A DNA stretch of 64,000 nt from Nitrospirota bacterium (GCA_963721805.1 CAVRJY010000002.1:96001-160000); one strand, 5' to 3'. Positions 31,317-41,402 are shown, numbered from the stretch's first letter. Notes: generated from the sequence alone by a model not told the origin. A program made the numbers and translations.

Positions 31317-31997
31317 ATGCCCTCTGACCTGCTCTGGCTCTCGGCCCTGATGCTCGGCACCGGTCTCAGCGGCGGCTTCGGCCACTGCCTCGGGATGTGC
31401 GGCCCTATCGTTGTGACGTATGCCTCGGCATACCGCGTGGCTGGCATCCGGCCCCACGTACTCTACGGGCTCGGGCGCGTGACCACATACGCGCTGATGG
31501 GCGCTGCGGCAGGGCTCGCGGGCTCGCTCGTGCCCGTGGCCAGCCCGGCCGCCCAGCGCTGGGTGATGGCCGGGGCCGGGGCGCTCGTAGTGCTGATGGG
31601 GCTCGGGATGGCCGGGCGTGGGCCGGTGCTCAGGGTGCTCGAGCGCGTTGGGCTGGGCATCGGATTCATCAGGCGCGCCGGAGCTTTCTTCGGCGCTGGG
31701 CTCACGGCCGGGGCGTACTATCCGCTTGGGGTGGTGATGGGCTTCATACCCTGCGGGCTCGTATACACCGCGCTTGTGGCCTCGGCTCGCGCCTCGATGG
31801 ATGCGGCGCCGCCGGCCGCCGTGGCGCGCGGGATGGTGCTGATGGCCGCGTTCGGCGCGGGCACGATGCCGGGTATGGTGCTCGCCGGGCGGGCCTCGGC
31901 CCTGATCGGCACGCGCATGCGCGGCGCGCTCACGGCCGTAGGCGCGGCCCTGATGGTCGCGGCCGGGGTGATGTTCATCATAAGGGCTCTCCGGTAG
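31317..31997 (+). CDS. DsbD_2 / sulfite-exporter-like membrane protein (cco-associated)
   Basis: GHCLGMCGP, GRVTTY, GFIPCGLVY, FGAGT. Confidence 0.85.
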   Translation: MPSDLLWLSALMLGTGLSGGFGHCLGMCGPIVVTYASAYRVAGIRPHVLYGLGRVTTYALMGAAAGLAGSLVPVASPAAQRWVMAGAGALVVLMGLGMAGRGPVLRVLERVGLGIGFIRRAGAFFGAGLTAGAYYPLGVVMGFIPCGLVYTALVASARASMDAAPPAAVARGMVLMAAFGAGTMPGMVLAGRASALIGTRMRGALTAVGAALMVAAGVMFIIRALR

Positions 31998-32073
31998 CAG
32001 GTTTTCAGAGGATGGTGCCCGTGGCACCCCCCTTGACCGGGTCGGATCATAGCGGCTAATATATCTCTCTTAC

Positions 32074-32160
32074 GCCGAAGTGGTGGAACTGGCAGACACG
32101 CCAGGTTCAGGGTCTGGTGAGGGTAACCTTGTGGGGGTTCGAATCCCCCCTTCGGCACCA
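32074..32160 (+). tRNA. tRNA-Leu(CAG)
   Basis: GCCGAAG acceptor stem, anticodon loop TT-CAG-GG, long variable arm, GGTTCGAATCC T-loop, encoded CCA. Confidence 0.95.
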
Positions 32161-32181
32161 ACTTTATATCTTCCATATCGA

Positions 32182-32219
32182 GCCCCCATTGTGCCCCTCA
32201 TTCGGGGCGCAATGGGGGC
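32182..32219 (+). terminator. Hairpin downstream of the tRNA
   Basis: GCCCCCATTGTGCCCC-tcattc-GGGGCGCAATGGGGGC. Confidence 0.6.
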
Positions 32220-32308
32220 GCACAGCTCCTGCATCACAAACCATGCCGCCTGTTGACAAACCCTCCATATGGCGATAGCATTGCTATAAACGCACAAGGA
32301 GGCAGTCA

Positions 32309-33166
32309 ATGGGCGCAACTGATGACGCGGGTTCGGGCCTCACAAGGCGCAGGTTTCTGGGCACGACGCTAGGCATCGCGGCGGCGGGTACGGTATCAAT
32401 GCTTCTTCCCAACGCGATGGCAGCGGGCGGCGGTACGGAGCAGCCGAAACTCACGACCTACAACGGCTCGACCGACCCCTATCCGATCCCCTGGCTGGAC
32501 AAAAACGGCAGCCACAACCAGCCGGCCGGGCCGCACCTCGAGCCGTCGCACATCTTCCATTTCAAGGGGCGGGTCGCCCGCAACTCGGGCTTCGTCGGGA
32601 TGGGCACCGACAACGAGGGCAACCGCATACCGTTTGGGTCGCCGACGACCGATTACGGGTATATGCAGGGCGAGTACTGGGCCGCGCGCGCCCCGCAGCG
32701 AGGGACGTTCACCCATATATGACTCACGCTCTTTAAGGGGCAGGCTGCCCCTGCTAACCAGATCCACGATTTCCATCCCCCGATAGCGCCCTCAGGGCTC
32801 TACTGGGTAGTGCCGGTCCCGGAAGGCGGGCTCGTCATCAGCCCTGACGGCAGGACAGCTACGCTCCAGATGAAGGACGTGGCAGTCGTCGACCAGCCCA
32901 AATGGCCCGCGCTCGATGCGCTCGGCACCCCGGCTATAATGAGCTTCAAGATGGTATGGACCGCGACGGACGAAAAAGTCGTCTATGACGACCCGCAGAA
33001 GATGTTCCGTGTCGAGGGCTACCTCGCCAAGGCGCAGCTCGAGGCGCAGGTCGAGGTCCCATCGACCGGCTTCTCCTGGAAGTCCGATCCGCTGGCGAGC
33101 TCGAGTGCCAATTTCGCGGTCATCGGCGACGAGGTCAACGGGCGTTACTATACCCCGATGAAGTAA
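32309..33166 (+). CDS. Tat-exported protein with an in-frame TGA at codon 138 (candidate selenoprotein, 285 aa)
   Basis: TRRRFL twin-arginine signal; ORFs 32309-32722 and 32810-33166 share a frame and are joined by 29 sense codons after the TGA. Confidence 0.7.
32736..32752 (+). promoter_or_regulatory. Candidate bacterial SECIS hairpin
   Basis: AGGGGCA-GGC-TGCCCCT stem starts 13 nt after the TGA (32720-32722); G-containing apical loop. Confidence 0.55.
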
Positions 33167-33211
33167 GGGAATGCATACCCGGCCTTCGGTATTCTGCGTT
33201 ATACTCTCCTT

Positions 33212-33962
33212 ATGGCCGGAAACAGGAAGATATCCGAGCTCCCGCGCTCAAGCAGCGGGGACGTGGTCTTCAGCGCCCATGGGCTGACGAAGACATACCA
33301 CATGGGCGAGGTCGACGTGCTGGCCCTGCGCGGCGTGGACGCGGACGTATACGCCGGGGAGTTCATGGTCCTGCTGGGGCCCTCGGGCTCGGGCAAATCC
33401 ACGTTTCTAAACATACTGGGCGGCCTCGACACCGCGACCGGCGGCCAGGTGCTATACAAGGGCTGGGACATCACGCACGCCACCGAGCGCGAGCTGACCG
33501 AGTACCGCCGCCACCACGTGGGGTTCGTCTTTCAGTTTTACAACCTCATCCCCAGCCTGAGCGCGCTCGAAAACGTATCGGTCGTGACCGAGATCGTACA
33601 AAGCCCGATGAAGCCGCAAGACGCGCTCGCCCTGGTCGGGCTCGCGCGAGCGGCTCAACCACTTTCCGTCGCAGCTCTCGGGCGGGGAGCAGCAGCGCGT
33701 CGCCATAGCCCGCGCCATAGCCAAAAACCCCGCCGTGTTGCTCTGTGACGAGCCTACAGGCGCGCTGGACTCCGAGACCGGCGTGCTCGTGCTCGAGGCC
33801 CTGCACACGATCAACCGCGACCTCGGCACGACGACGGTCGTCATCACCCATAACGTCGATATCGGCTCGATCGCCGACAGGGTCGTCAGGCTCAGCGGCG
33901 GGCTCATCGCCGAGATCCGCAAGAACCCCGCCAAGAAGTCCCCGAGCGAGCTTCACTGGTAG
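33212..33962 (+). CDS. ABC transporter ATP-binding protein (LolD/MacB-like), frameshift at about 33645
   Basis: [31 protein letters not shown] and [11 protein letters not shown] in a shifted frame. Confidence 0.9.
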
Positions 33963-33971
33963 CGCCGCGCG

Positions 33972-36335
33972 ATGAAGGCATTAGACAAGAAGGTCCTGCG
34001 CACGCTATGGAGGATGAAGGGGCAGGCCCTCGCGATAGCGCTCGTGATCGTGGGCGGGGTCGCGACGTTCGTCATGTACCTCAGCGTGATGCAGTCGCTA
34101 AGGTACACGCAGCAGACCTTTTACGCCGAGCACCGGTTCCCGGACGTCTTCGCGACGCTCAAGCGCGCGCCCGAGGACATCAGGCACAGCATCGAGGTCA
34201 TCCCCGGGGTCGAGCGCGTCGAGACGCGCATCGTGGCGTGGGTGAAGGTCGAGGTCGCGGGCTACACCAAGCCGATCACCGGGAAGCTCGTATCGGTGCC
34301 GGACGTGGGCGAGCCCGCCTTCGACACGATCTATCTGCAGAGCGGCAGGTACCTCAGGCCGTGGGCGCTGGATGAGGTGATCATCAGCGACGGCTTCGCC
34401 AAGGCCCAGCACCTCGGCGCCGGAGACCATCTGGTCGTGATCCTCAATGGCAGGGAGCAGCGGTTTAAGATCGTCGGCGTAGGGGTGACGCCGGAGTACA
34501 TCTACCAGCTCGCCCCCGGCTCGCTGATACCGGACTTCGAGCGGTTCGCGATCATGTGGATCGGCAGGCGCGCGATAGAGAACGCCTACGACATGGGCGG
34601 GGCGTTCAACGACGTCACGCTCAGGATCTCAAACGACGTCAACGAGCAGTCGGTCATAAGCCGCCTCGACATGCTGCTCGCCCCGTTCGGGGGCGGCGGC
34701 GCTTACGGCAGGAGCGAGCAGCTCTCGCACCTGTACCTCTCGGAGGAGTTCAAGCAGCTCCAGAAGATGAGCTATATCGCGCCGATCATATTCCTGTCGG
34801 TCGCGGCGTTCCTGCTTAACGTGGTCATAAGCCGGGTCATAAGCACCGAGCGCGAGCAGGCCGCGACATTAAAGGCATTCGGATATTCGAACACCGACAT
34901 AACCATACACTATACGAAGCTCGTGATGGTCATCGTCGCCATCGGCACCATGGGGGGCATCGCGCTCGGGGCCTGGTTCGGCACGAAGGTCAGCGCGATA
35001 TACCAGGACTTCTACCACTTCCCGTTCATCGACTACGTGCTGAGCCCCTGGGTGGCCGGGGCCTCGTTTGTGGTGAGCTTCAGCGCGGCCGCCCTGGGCA
35101 CGGTGTTTTCGATATGGAGGACGACGCGGCTGAGCCCGGCCGAGGCGATGAGGCCGGAGCCCCCGGCCAGGTTCCGGGTGACGCTCATCGAACGCATGGG
35201 GCTCGGCCCCTACCTCTCGGAGCCGACGCGCATCATCGCCCGCAACATAGGCAGGCGGCCCGTGCACTCGGCCCTGACCGTGCTGGGCATCGCGCTCGCC
35301 GGAGGCATCCTCATGATGGGCCAGATGTTCGGGGACTCGATGAACTTCATCATAGCCACGCAGTTCGGGCTCGCCGAGCGCGAGGACATGGTGGTGACCT
35401 TCATAGAGCCCTCGGCCGGCCGCACGCTCTATGAGCTTAAGAGCGTGGGCGGGGTGCGCGACGCCGAGCCGTTCCGCTCGGTGCCGGTGAGGCTCCGGCA
35501 CGGCTACCGCAACTACCTCACCTCGATCAGCGGGCTTCAGAGCAGCCCGGTGCTCTACAGGCTCATCGACGCGAACCTGCGCGTCATGCGCGTGCCCGAA
35601 GACGGCGTGCTGCTTACGGACCACCTCGCGGACGTCCTCGGCGTGAAGGCCGGCGACGAGCTTACGGTAGAGGCGCTCGAGGGCGCAAGGCCGGTGCGGA
35701 GCGTCACCGTGGCCGGCACTGTCCACCAGTTTATCGGGATGAACGCGTTTATGAACATCCATGCCCTGAACAGGCTGATGCGCGAGGGCGACGTCGTCTC
35801 GGGCGCCTACCTCTCGATAGACGCGCCGAGGCAGAAGGACATATTTCAGGCGCTCTTTGAGATGCCGCACGTGCTCGGCATCGACGTGACCGCGCTGGCG
35901 GTCGAGAACTTCAAAAAGACGATGAGCCGCCAGATGCTCGTGTTCGCGTTTTACCTGACGCTGTTTGCGACCTCGATAGCCTTCGGCGTGCTATACAACA
36001 GCGCGCGCATCATGCTCGCCGAGCGCAGCCGCGAGCTTGCGAGCCTCCGCGTCCTGGGCTTTACACGCGCCGAGATAGCCTATATACTTCTTGGTGAGCT
36101 CTCTGTGCTGACGCTGCTTGCGATACCGGTGGGGTTTGCGCTGGGCTACGCGCTGTGCGCATACTTGATAATGAACCTCGCGACCGACATATACAGGATA
36201 CCGCTCGTGGTGTCCTCATCGACCTACGCCTTCTCGGCCACGGTCGTGCTCGTCTCGATGGTGCTCTCTGCCATAATCAGCAAGCGCAAGCTCGACAGGC
36301 TTGACCTGATAAGCGTGCTCAAGGCGAAGGAATAG
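33972..36335 (+). CDS. FtsX/MacB-like ABC permease
   Basis: Two periplasmic plus FtsX repeats; ATLKAFGY, ERSRELASLRVLGF. Confidence 0.88.
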   Translation: MKALDKKVLRTLWRMKGQALAIALVIVGGVATFVMYLSVMQSLRYTQQTFYAEHRFPDVFATLKRAPEDIRHSIEVIPGVERVETRIVAWVKVEVAGYTKPITGKLVSVPDVGEPAFDTIYLQSGRYLRPWALDEVIISDGFAKAQHLGAGDHLVVILNGREQRFKIVGVGVTPEYIYQLAPGSLIPDFERFAIMWIGRRAIENAYDMGGAFNDVTLRISNDVNEQSVISRLDMLLAPFGGGGAYGRSEQLSHLYLSEEFKQLQKMSYIAPIIFLSVAAFLLNVVISRVISTEREQAATLKAFGYSNTDITIHYTKLVMVIVAIGTMGGIALGAWFGTKVSAIYQDFYHFPFIDYVLSPWVAGASFVVSFSAAALGTVFSIWRTTRLSPAEAMRPEPPARFRVTLIERMGLGPYLSEPTRIIARNIGRRPVHSALTVLGIALAGGILMMGQMFGDSMNFIIATQFGLAEREDMVVTFIEPSAGRTLYELKSVGGVRDAEPFRSVPVRLRHGYRNYLTSISGLQSSPVLYRLIDANLRVMRVPEDGVLLTDHLADVLGVKAGDELTVEALEGARPVRSVTVAGTVHQFIGMNAFMNIHALNRLMREGDVVSGAYLSIDAPRQKDIFQALFEMPHVLGIDVTALAVENFKKTMSRQMLVFAFYLTLFATSIAFGVLYNSARIMLAERSRELASLRVLGFTRAEIAYILLGELSVLTLLAIPVGFALGYALCAYLIMNLATDIYRIPLVVSSSTYAFSATVVLVSMVLSAIISKRKLDRLDLISVLKAKE

Positions 36336-36338
36336 GCG

Positions 36339-37526
36339 ATGAAACTCTGGAGAAAGCTGATTGCGGTAATTATCGCGCTGCTCATAGCGGGTCTGATAGC
36401 CTATGGCTTCATGCCCAAGCCGACGATGGTAGAGGCCGTGCGCATCACGCGCGGGGACCTGCGCGTGACCGTCTCGGAGGAGGGCATGACGCGCGAGAAG
36501 GACAGATACGTTATATCCGCCCCGGTGGCCGGATACCTCGGGCGCATAGCGCTAGAGAACGGCGCTGCGGTCGAGGCGGGCGGGGTCGTGGCGGTGATAG
36601 GCCCCGCGCCGTCGGTGCCGCTCGACCCCCGGAGCCGCGAGATGGCCCTCGCGAACGTCAGCGGGGCCGCGGCGGCCCTGAGCGCGGCCTCTGAGAACGC
36701 GAAGTCCGCCAGCGCGCAGGCCGTATACGCCGAGGCCCAGCAAAAGCGCGAGAGCGAACTGCTCGCAAGCGGGTTCGTGTCCAAAGACGACGCCGAACGC
36801 GCCGAGAGCTCGGCCAAGAGCGCGCGGGCCTCTTACGAGTCGGCCAGATATAACGTACAGGCCGCAAGCGATGCGCTTAAGGCCGCGAAGGCCGTGCTCA
36901 GGAGCTTCGGGGCCTCCGGCGGCAGGCAGGACGCGGTCAGGGTGACCGCGCCGGTCGCGGGCGCAGTCTTGAGGATCATCAAAAAGAGCGAGGGCATGGT
37001 AGTGCCGGGCGATCCTATCATGGAGGTCGGCAACCCGGCCTCGCTCGAGGTCGAGGTCGACCTGCTGTCGAGCGACGCGCTGCGCGTCAGGCCGGGCATG
37101 CGGGTGCTGCTAGACCGCCGCGACGGACAGCCGCCGCTTGAGGGCGTCGCGCGCGTGGTCGAGCCCTCGGGGTTTACGAAGATCTCGGCCCTCGGGGTCG
37201 AGGAGCAGAGGGTCTGGGTGATCTGCGACATAACCTCCCCGCACGAGCAATGGAAGAACCTAGGCGACGCCTACAGGCTGGAGGCCACGTTCATAATCGA
37301 CGAGGGCAAAAACCTGCTGCTGGCCCCGGAGGGCGCGCTGTTTCAGCACGAGGGGGGATGGGCCGCGTTCCTGTACGACGACGGGAAGGCCCGGATGGTG
37401 CTTGTGAAGGTCGGCCGCAGAAACGGCATAAACGCCGAGGTCCTGGGCGGTCTGGGCGAGGGGCAGCTCGTGATAAATTACCCGGACAGGTCGCTTACGG
37501 ACGGCGCGAAGGTGAAGCTCAGGTAA
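36339..37526 (+). CDS. Efflux periplasmic adaptor (HlyD/MFP)
   Basis: N-terminal anchor, ISAPVAG, coiled coil, GFTKISALGVEEQRV. Confidence 0.88.
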   Translation: MKLWRKLIAVIIALLIAGLIAYGFMPKPTMVEAVRITRGDLRVTVSEEGMTREKDRYVISAPVAGYLGRIALENGAAVEAGGVVAVIGPAPSVPLDPRSREMALANVSGAAAALSAASENAKSASAQAVYAEAQQKRESELLASGFVSKDDAERAESSAKSARASYESARYNVQAASDALKAAKAVLRSFGASGGRQDAVRVTAPVAGAVLRIIKKSEGMVVPGDPIMEVGNPASLEVEVDLLSSDALRVRPGMRVLLDRRDGQPPLEGVARVVEPSGFTKISALGVEEQRVWVICDITSPHEQWKNLGDAYRLEATFIIDEGKNLLLAPEGALFQHEGGWAAFLYDDGKARMVLVKVGRRNGINAEVLGGLGEGQLVINYPDRSLTDGAKVKLR

Positions 37527-37569
37527 ACCGGACCACCTCCGGTGCGGCGGGCTGCGCTATAATCTGATA

Positions 37570-38490
37570 ATGGACGGAAAATCCCATGCAGGCCACACGC
37601 ACTCCCATGCCGCGCCCGACCCCGCCGCGATAGACAGGGCGTTTGCCGTAAGCATCGCAGTAAACGGGGCGTTCGTCGCGGTCGAGGCCGTATGGGGGTT
37701 TATGACCGGCTCGCTCGCGCTGCTCTCCGACGCGGGCCACAACCTCGGCGACGTCGCAACGCTGCTGATGGCCCTGATAGCGCACAAGCTCCACGAGATC
37801 AAGCCGAGCCTCAGGTTCACCTACGGCTTCCGCAAGAGCACGATACTCGTCTCGCTCCTGAACTCTGTGTTCCTGCTCATAACCGTCGGCGTCATCGGAT
37901 ACGAGGCCGCAAGAAGGCTCATCAGCCCGACCGCGGTAAACGGGATCACGATAGCGGTCGTCTCGGCCATAGGCATAGCCGTAAACGGCCTGACCGCGCT
38001 GCTGTTTAGGCGCGGCAAGGACAGCGACCTGAACGTCAAGGGGGCGTTTCTGCACCTCGCGGGCGACGCGGTACTCTCGGGCGGGGTCGTGCTGGCCGGG
38101 GTGGCTATCTACCTTACGGGATGGGCATGGCTTGACAGCGCCGTGAGCTTCGTGATCATAGGGTTCATCACGTACAGCACCTGGGGGCTGCTAAAAGACA
38201 GCCTGATGCTCTCGCTCCTCGGCGTCCCTGGCCACATAGACATGGACCTCGTCAGGGAGGCCGCGCTCGGTGTCGCAGGCGTCAGGGACATCCACCATAT
38301 CCATGTCTGGGCGATCAGCACGACGCAGACCGCCCTGACCGCGCATGTCGTTGTCTCTGCGGTCTACCGCAACGGCTTCGAGGGCATCCTCCATGAGCTC
38401 AGGCACAGGTTTGAGGCGATGGGGATCACGCACAGCACGATAGAGATCGAGTCCGAGAGCGCGAAGTGCGACAACGAGGTCTGCGCCTGA
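37570..38490 (+). CDS. Cation diffusion facilitator (CzcD/ZitB-like)
   Basis: SLALLSDAGHNLGD, NVKGAFLHLAGD, HHIHVW. Confidence 0.92.
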   Translation: MDGKSHAGHTHSHAAPDPAAIDRAFAVSIAVNGAFVAVEAVWGFMTGSLALLSDAGHNLGDVATLLMALIAHKLHEIKPSLRFTYGFRKSTILVSLLNSVFLLITVGVIGYEAARRLISPTAVNGITIAVVSAIGIAVNGLTALLFRRGKDSDLNVKGAFLHLAGDAVLSGGVVLAGVAIYLTGWAWLDSAVSFVIIGFITYSTWGLLKDSLMLSLLGVPGHIDMDLVREAALGVAGVRDIHHIHVWAISTTQTALTAHVVVSAVYRNGFEGILHELRHRFEAMGITHSTIEIESESAKCDNEVCA

Positions 38491-38497
38491 TGCTCCG

Positions 38498-39253
38498 CTA
38501 CTTGCCCCCGCGCTGCCTGACGACCTCGTAAAGCAGTATCCCGGCCGCGACAGAGGTGTTAAGCGAATTCACCTTGCCCCGCATCGGGAGGCTCAGGATC
38601 ATGTTGCAGCGCTCGCGCACCGTACGCCTGAGGCCCTTGCCCTCCGAGCCTATCACGACCGCGACCGGGCCCTTCAAGTCGGCCCCCCACGGCGTGCGCT
38701 CGCCCCCGGCCTCGGCCCCGACGATCAGCACTCCCTGGTCCTTCATCGCGTCCATTGCGTGCTTGATGTTCGAAAGCACGCATATCGGCACGTGCTCTGC
38801 CGCGCCAGCGGACGCCTTGATCGCTTCGCCTGTGACGGGTGCGGTGCGGCGCTCCTGCATCACGACGCCGTGCGCCCCCGAGGCATCGACCGAACGCAGC
38901 ACAGCACCAAGGTTGCGAGGGTCTTCTATAAGGTCTATGATCACGAAAAACGGCTGCTCACCCTTCTTTGCCGGGATTGCCAGCAGGGCATCGAGCTCTA
39001 TATTGCCGCCGCGCGCGCCGGCCTCCTCGCTACGCTGCACCTCGGCCGCGACGCCCTGATGCCCCTTCGGGAACTTGGCGTCGAAGAACGCGCCGTCGTG
39101 CATCACGCGGGGCTTGATGCCGGCCGTCTCGGCCTGCTTGATGATCTCGGAGAGAGCGCCCCGCCGCGCGGCCAGTACGTATAGCGACTTCAGCCTGGTC
39201 CCTGCTCGCAGGGCCTCTTTTATCGGATTTACGCCATATATCCAGCCTCGCAT
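38498..39253 (-). CDS. rlmB: 23S rRNA (Gm2251) methyltransferase RlmB
   Basis: IYGVNPIKEAL, HQGVAA, EDPRNLGAVLRS, GSEGKG, SLNTSVAAG. Confidence 0.92.
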   Translation of the reverse strand: MRGWIYGVNPIKEALRAGTRLKSLYVLAARRGALSEIIKQAETAGIKPRVMHDGAFFDAKFPKGHQGVAAEVQRSEEAGARGGNIELDALLAIPAKKGEQPFFVIIDLIEDPRNLGAVLRSVDASGAHGVVMQERRTAPVTGEAIKASAGAAEHVPICVLSNIKHAMDAMKDQGVLIVGAEAGGERTPWGADLKGPVAVVIGSEGKGLRRTVRERCNMILSLPMRGKVNSLNTSVAAGILLYEVVRQRGGK

Positions 39254-39254
39254 G

Positions 39255-41381
39255 CTATGCACCTGCCTTAATGCGCCATGCGGTACCGCTCGCGCGGTCC
39301 TCAAGCACTATGCCATGTCCGTCGAGTTCGGCCCTGATAGCGTCCGATGCGGCCCAGTCCTTGGCCTCGCGCGCCTCGTTGCGGAGGCGAAGCCTCTCCT
39401 CTATTTCAGCCTCAGTAATACCTATGTCCTTCACCCGCATAAGCGCGCGGGCCCACTCGCCGGGCGTCCGCTGAAACACGCGCAGCACCGTCCCCGTGTC
39501 CTTGAGCGCGCTTAAGGCCTTCTTTACAAGCTCGTTCGCCGCGGCCCCCGAGGGTTTCCTGTCGAGGAAGCGGTTGATCTCGCGTATAAGCTCGAACATG
39601 TAGCCCACGGCCATCGCGGTGTTGAAGTCGTCGTCCATCGCGGCCTCCCACTGCGGGATGAACCTCGAGAGCACCTCATCGAGTTCGGCCGAGCCGTCCG
39701 TGCGCTCTTTGCCGCCCTTGCCCTCGCAGAAGCCCTCGCAGCGCGATATCGTGAGATAGAACCTGTCTATCGAGCTCTCGGTCTCTTTAAGCTGCTCGTC
39801 CGAGAACTCTATCGGGCTCCTATAATGGGTCTGAAGGAGGAAGAGCCTGATGACCTCGGCGTCGAACCGCGCCAGTATCTCCTCTATCGTGAAGAAGTTG
39901 CCCAGGGACTTCGACATCTTCTCCTTGTCCACGGTGATGAAGCCGTTGTGCACCCAGTACCTAACGAAGGGCTTGCCTGTATACGCCTCTGACTGCGCGA
40001 GCTCGTTTTCGTGGTGCGGGAATATGAGGTCAGCCCCGCCGCCGTGGATGTCAAACGTAGGGCCCAAGTGCTTTATGCTCATCGCGGAGCACTCGATGTG
40101 CCATCCGGGGCGTCCCGGCCCCCACGGGCTCTGCCACGAGGGCTCGCCCGGCTTCGACGACTTCCAGAGAGCGAAGTCCATCGGGTGGCGCTTGCGCGTA
40201 TCGACGTCCACGCGCGCCCCGGCCAGCATGTCATCGAGGTTCCGGCCCGAGAGCTTGCCGTATGACGGGTATGTGCTGATCTCGAAGTATACGTCGCCCT
40301 CGACCTCATACGCGTGGCCGCGCTCGATCAGCCCGGCGACGAGCTCGATGATCTCGGGGATATGCTCGGTCGCCTTGGGCTCGACGTCCGCGGGCTCGAC
40401 GCCCAGCGCGCCCATGTCGATCTGGTATTTCTCGGTATACATGGCTGCGAGCGCGTCCCAAGCCACGCCGCGTTCGCGGGCGCGGTTGATGATCTTATCG
40501 TCTATGTCCGTGAAGTTCTTGACGAACTTCACTTCGAGGCCCTTGCGCCTGAGGTACTGGCGCATCATGTCAAAGACGATCGCGCTGCGCGCGTGTCCGA
40601 TGTGGCATACGTCGTATACCGTCACGCCGCAGGCGTATATGCCGACCTTGCCCGGCGTGATCGGGATGAACTCCTCCTTGCGGCCGGACATCGTGTTAAA
40701 GACCTTCATTATGGCTCCTTTGGATTCCTCTACAGTGGCCCTGTGGCCGCGTTCGAGCTCTGCGATGCGGTGCTCCAAATCTATAAACCGTTCCTCGACG
40801 GGGTCGGGCATATGCACGTGGTCGAGCATCTCGACGATCCCCTCGTCCTGCAGTTGGAAGACCTTTTTCTTGATGACGCGGCCCGGCACTCCGACCACTA
40901 TCGCGTGCGAGGGCACGGGTTTTAAGACCACGGAATTAGCGCCTATTTTAGCATAATCGCCTATCGTGATAGCCCCGAGGACCTTCGCCCCCGCGCCCAC
41001 GACCACGCCCGTGCCGAGCGTGGGATGGCGCTTGCCCTTCTCCTTGCCGGTGCCGCCGAGCGTCACGCCCTGATAGAGCAGGCAGCCGGGGCCGACCTCG
41101 GCGGTCTCGCCGATAACGAGCCCCACGCCATGGTCGATGCAGACGCCGCCCGCGATCTTCGCAGCCGGGTGTATCTCGATCCCGCAGATGATCTTCACTA
41201 CCGTCGAGATGATCGCCGGCACTAGCGGCACGCCGAGGTTATACAGCCGGTGGCCGACGCGGTGACATATCAGGGCGTGCAGCCCGGAATAAGTCAGCGC
41301 AACCGTAACCCGACTGCGCGCGGCGGGGTCTTTCTCGAAGATTTCCCTGAAATCGGCAGCTATTTCGGTAAATAGAGACAT
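39255..41381 (-). CDS. cysE-cysS: Serine O-acetyltransferase CysE fused in frame to cysteine-tRNA ligase CysS
   Basis: N-part DPAARS...IEIHPAA..IDHG..GETAEVG..GGTGKEKGKRHPT; C-part CGVTVYD.CHIGH, PGWHIECSAM, KMSKS; internal SD and ATG at 40709. Confidence 0.9.
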   Translation of the reverse strand: MSLFTEIAADFREIFEKDPAARSRVTVALTYSGLHALICHRVGHRLYNLGVPLVPAIISTVVKIICGIEIHPAAKIAGGVCIDHGVGLVIGETAEVGPGCLLYQGVTLGGTGKEKGKRHPTLGTGVVVGAGAKVLGAITIGDYAKIGANSVVLKPVPSHAIVVGVPGRVIKKKVFQLQDEGIVEMLDHVHMPDPVEERFIDLEHRIAELERGHRATVEESKGAIMKVFNTMSGRKEEFIPITPGKVGIYACGVTVYDVCHIGHARSAIVFDMMRQYLRRKGLEVKFVKNFTDIDDKIINRARERGVAWDALAAMYTEKYQIDMGALGVEPADVEPKATEHIPEIIELVAGLIERGHAYEVEGDVYFEISTYPSYGKLSGRNLDDMLAGARVDVDTRKRHPMDFALWKSSKPGEPSWQSPWGPGRPGWHIECSAMSIKHLGPTFDIHGGGADLIFPHHENELAQSEAYTGKPFVRYWVHNGFITVDKEKMSKSLGNFFTIEEILARFDAEVIRLFLLQTHYRSPIEFSDEQLKETESSIDRFYLTISRCEGFCEGKGGKERTDGSAELDEVLSRFIPQWEAAMDDDFNTAMAVGYMFELIREINRFLDRKPSGAAANELVKKALSALKDTGTVLRVFQRTPGEWARALMRVKDIGITEAEIEERLRLRNEAREAKDWAASDAIRAELDGHGIVLEDRASGTAWRIKAGA

Positions 41382-41402
41382 CCTCAATTATAACCTTTTT
41401 TG

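Noticed and set aside
32074..32160. tRNA-Sec next to the UGA-containing gene
   Set aside because: The loop TTCAGGG centres on CAG and the acceptor stem is a standard 7 bp, so it is tRNA-Leu
32074..38490. Genomic island integrated at tRNA-Leu
   Set aside because: No integrase, no duplicated tRNA 3' end seen, and composition matches the host
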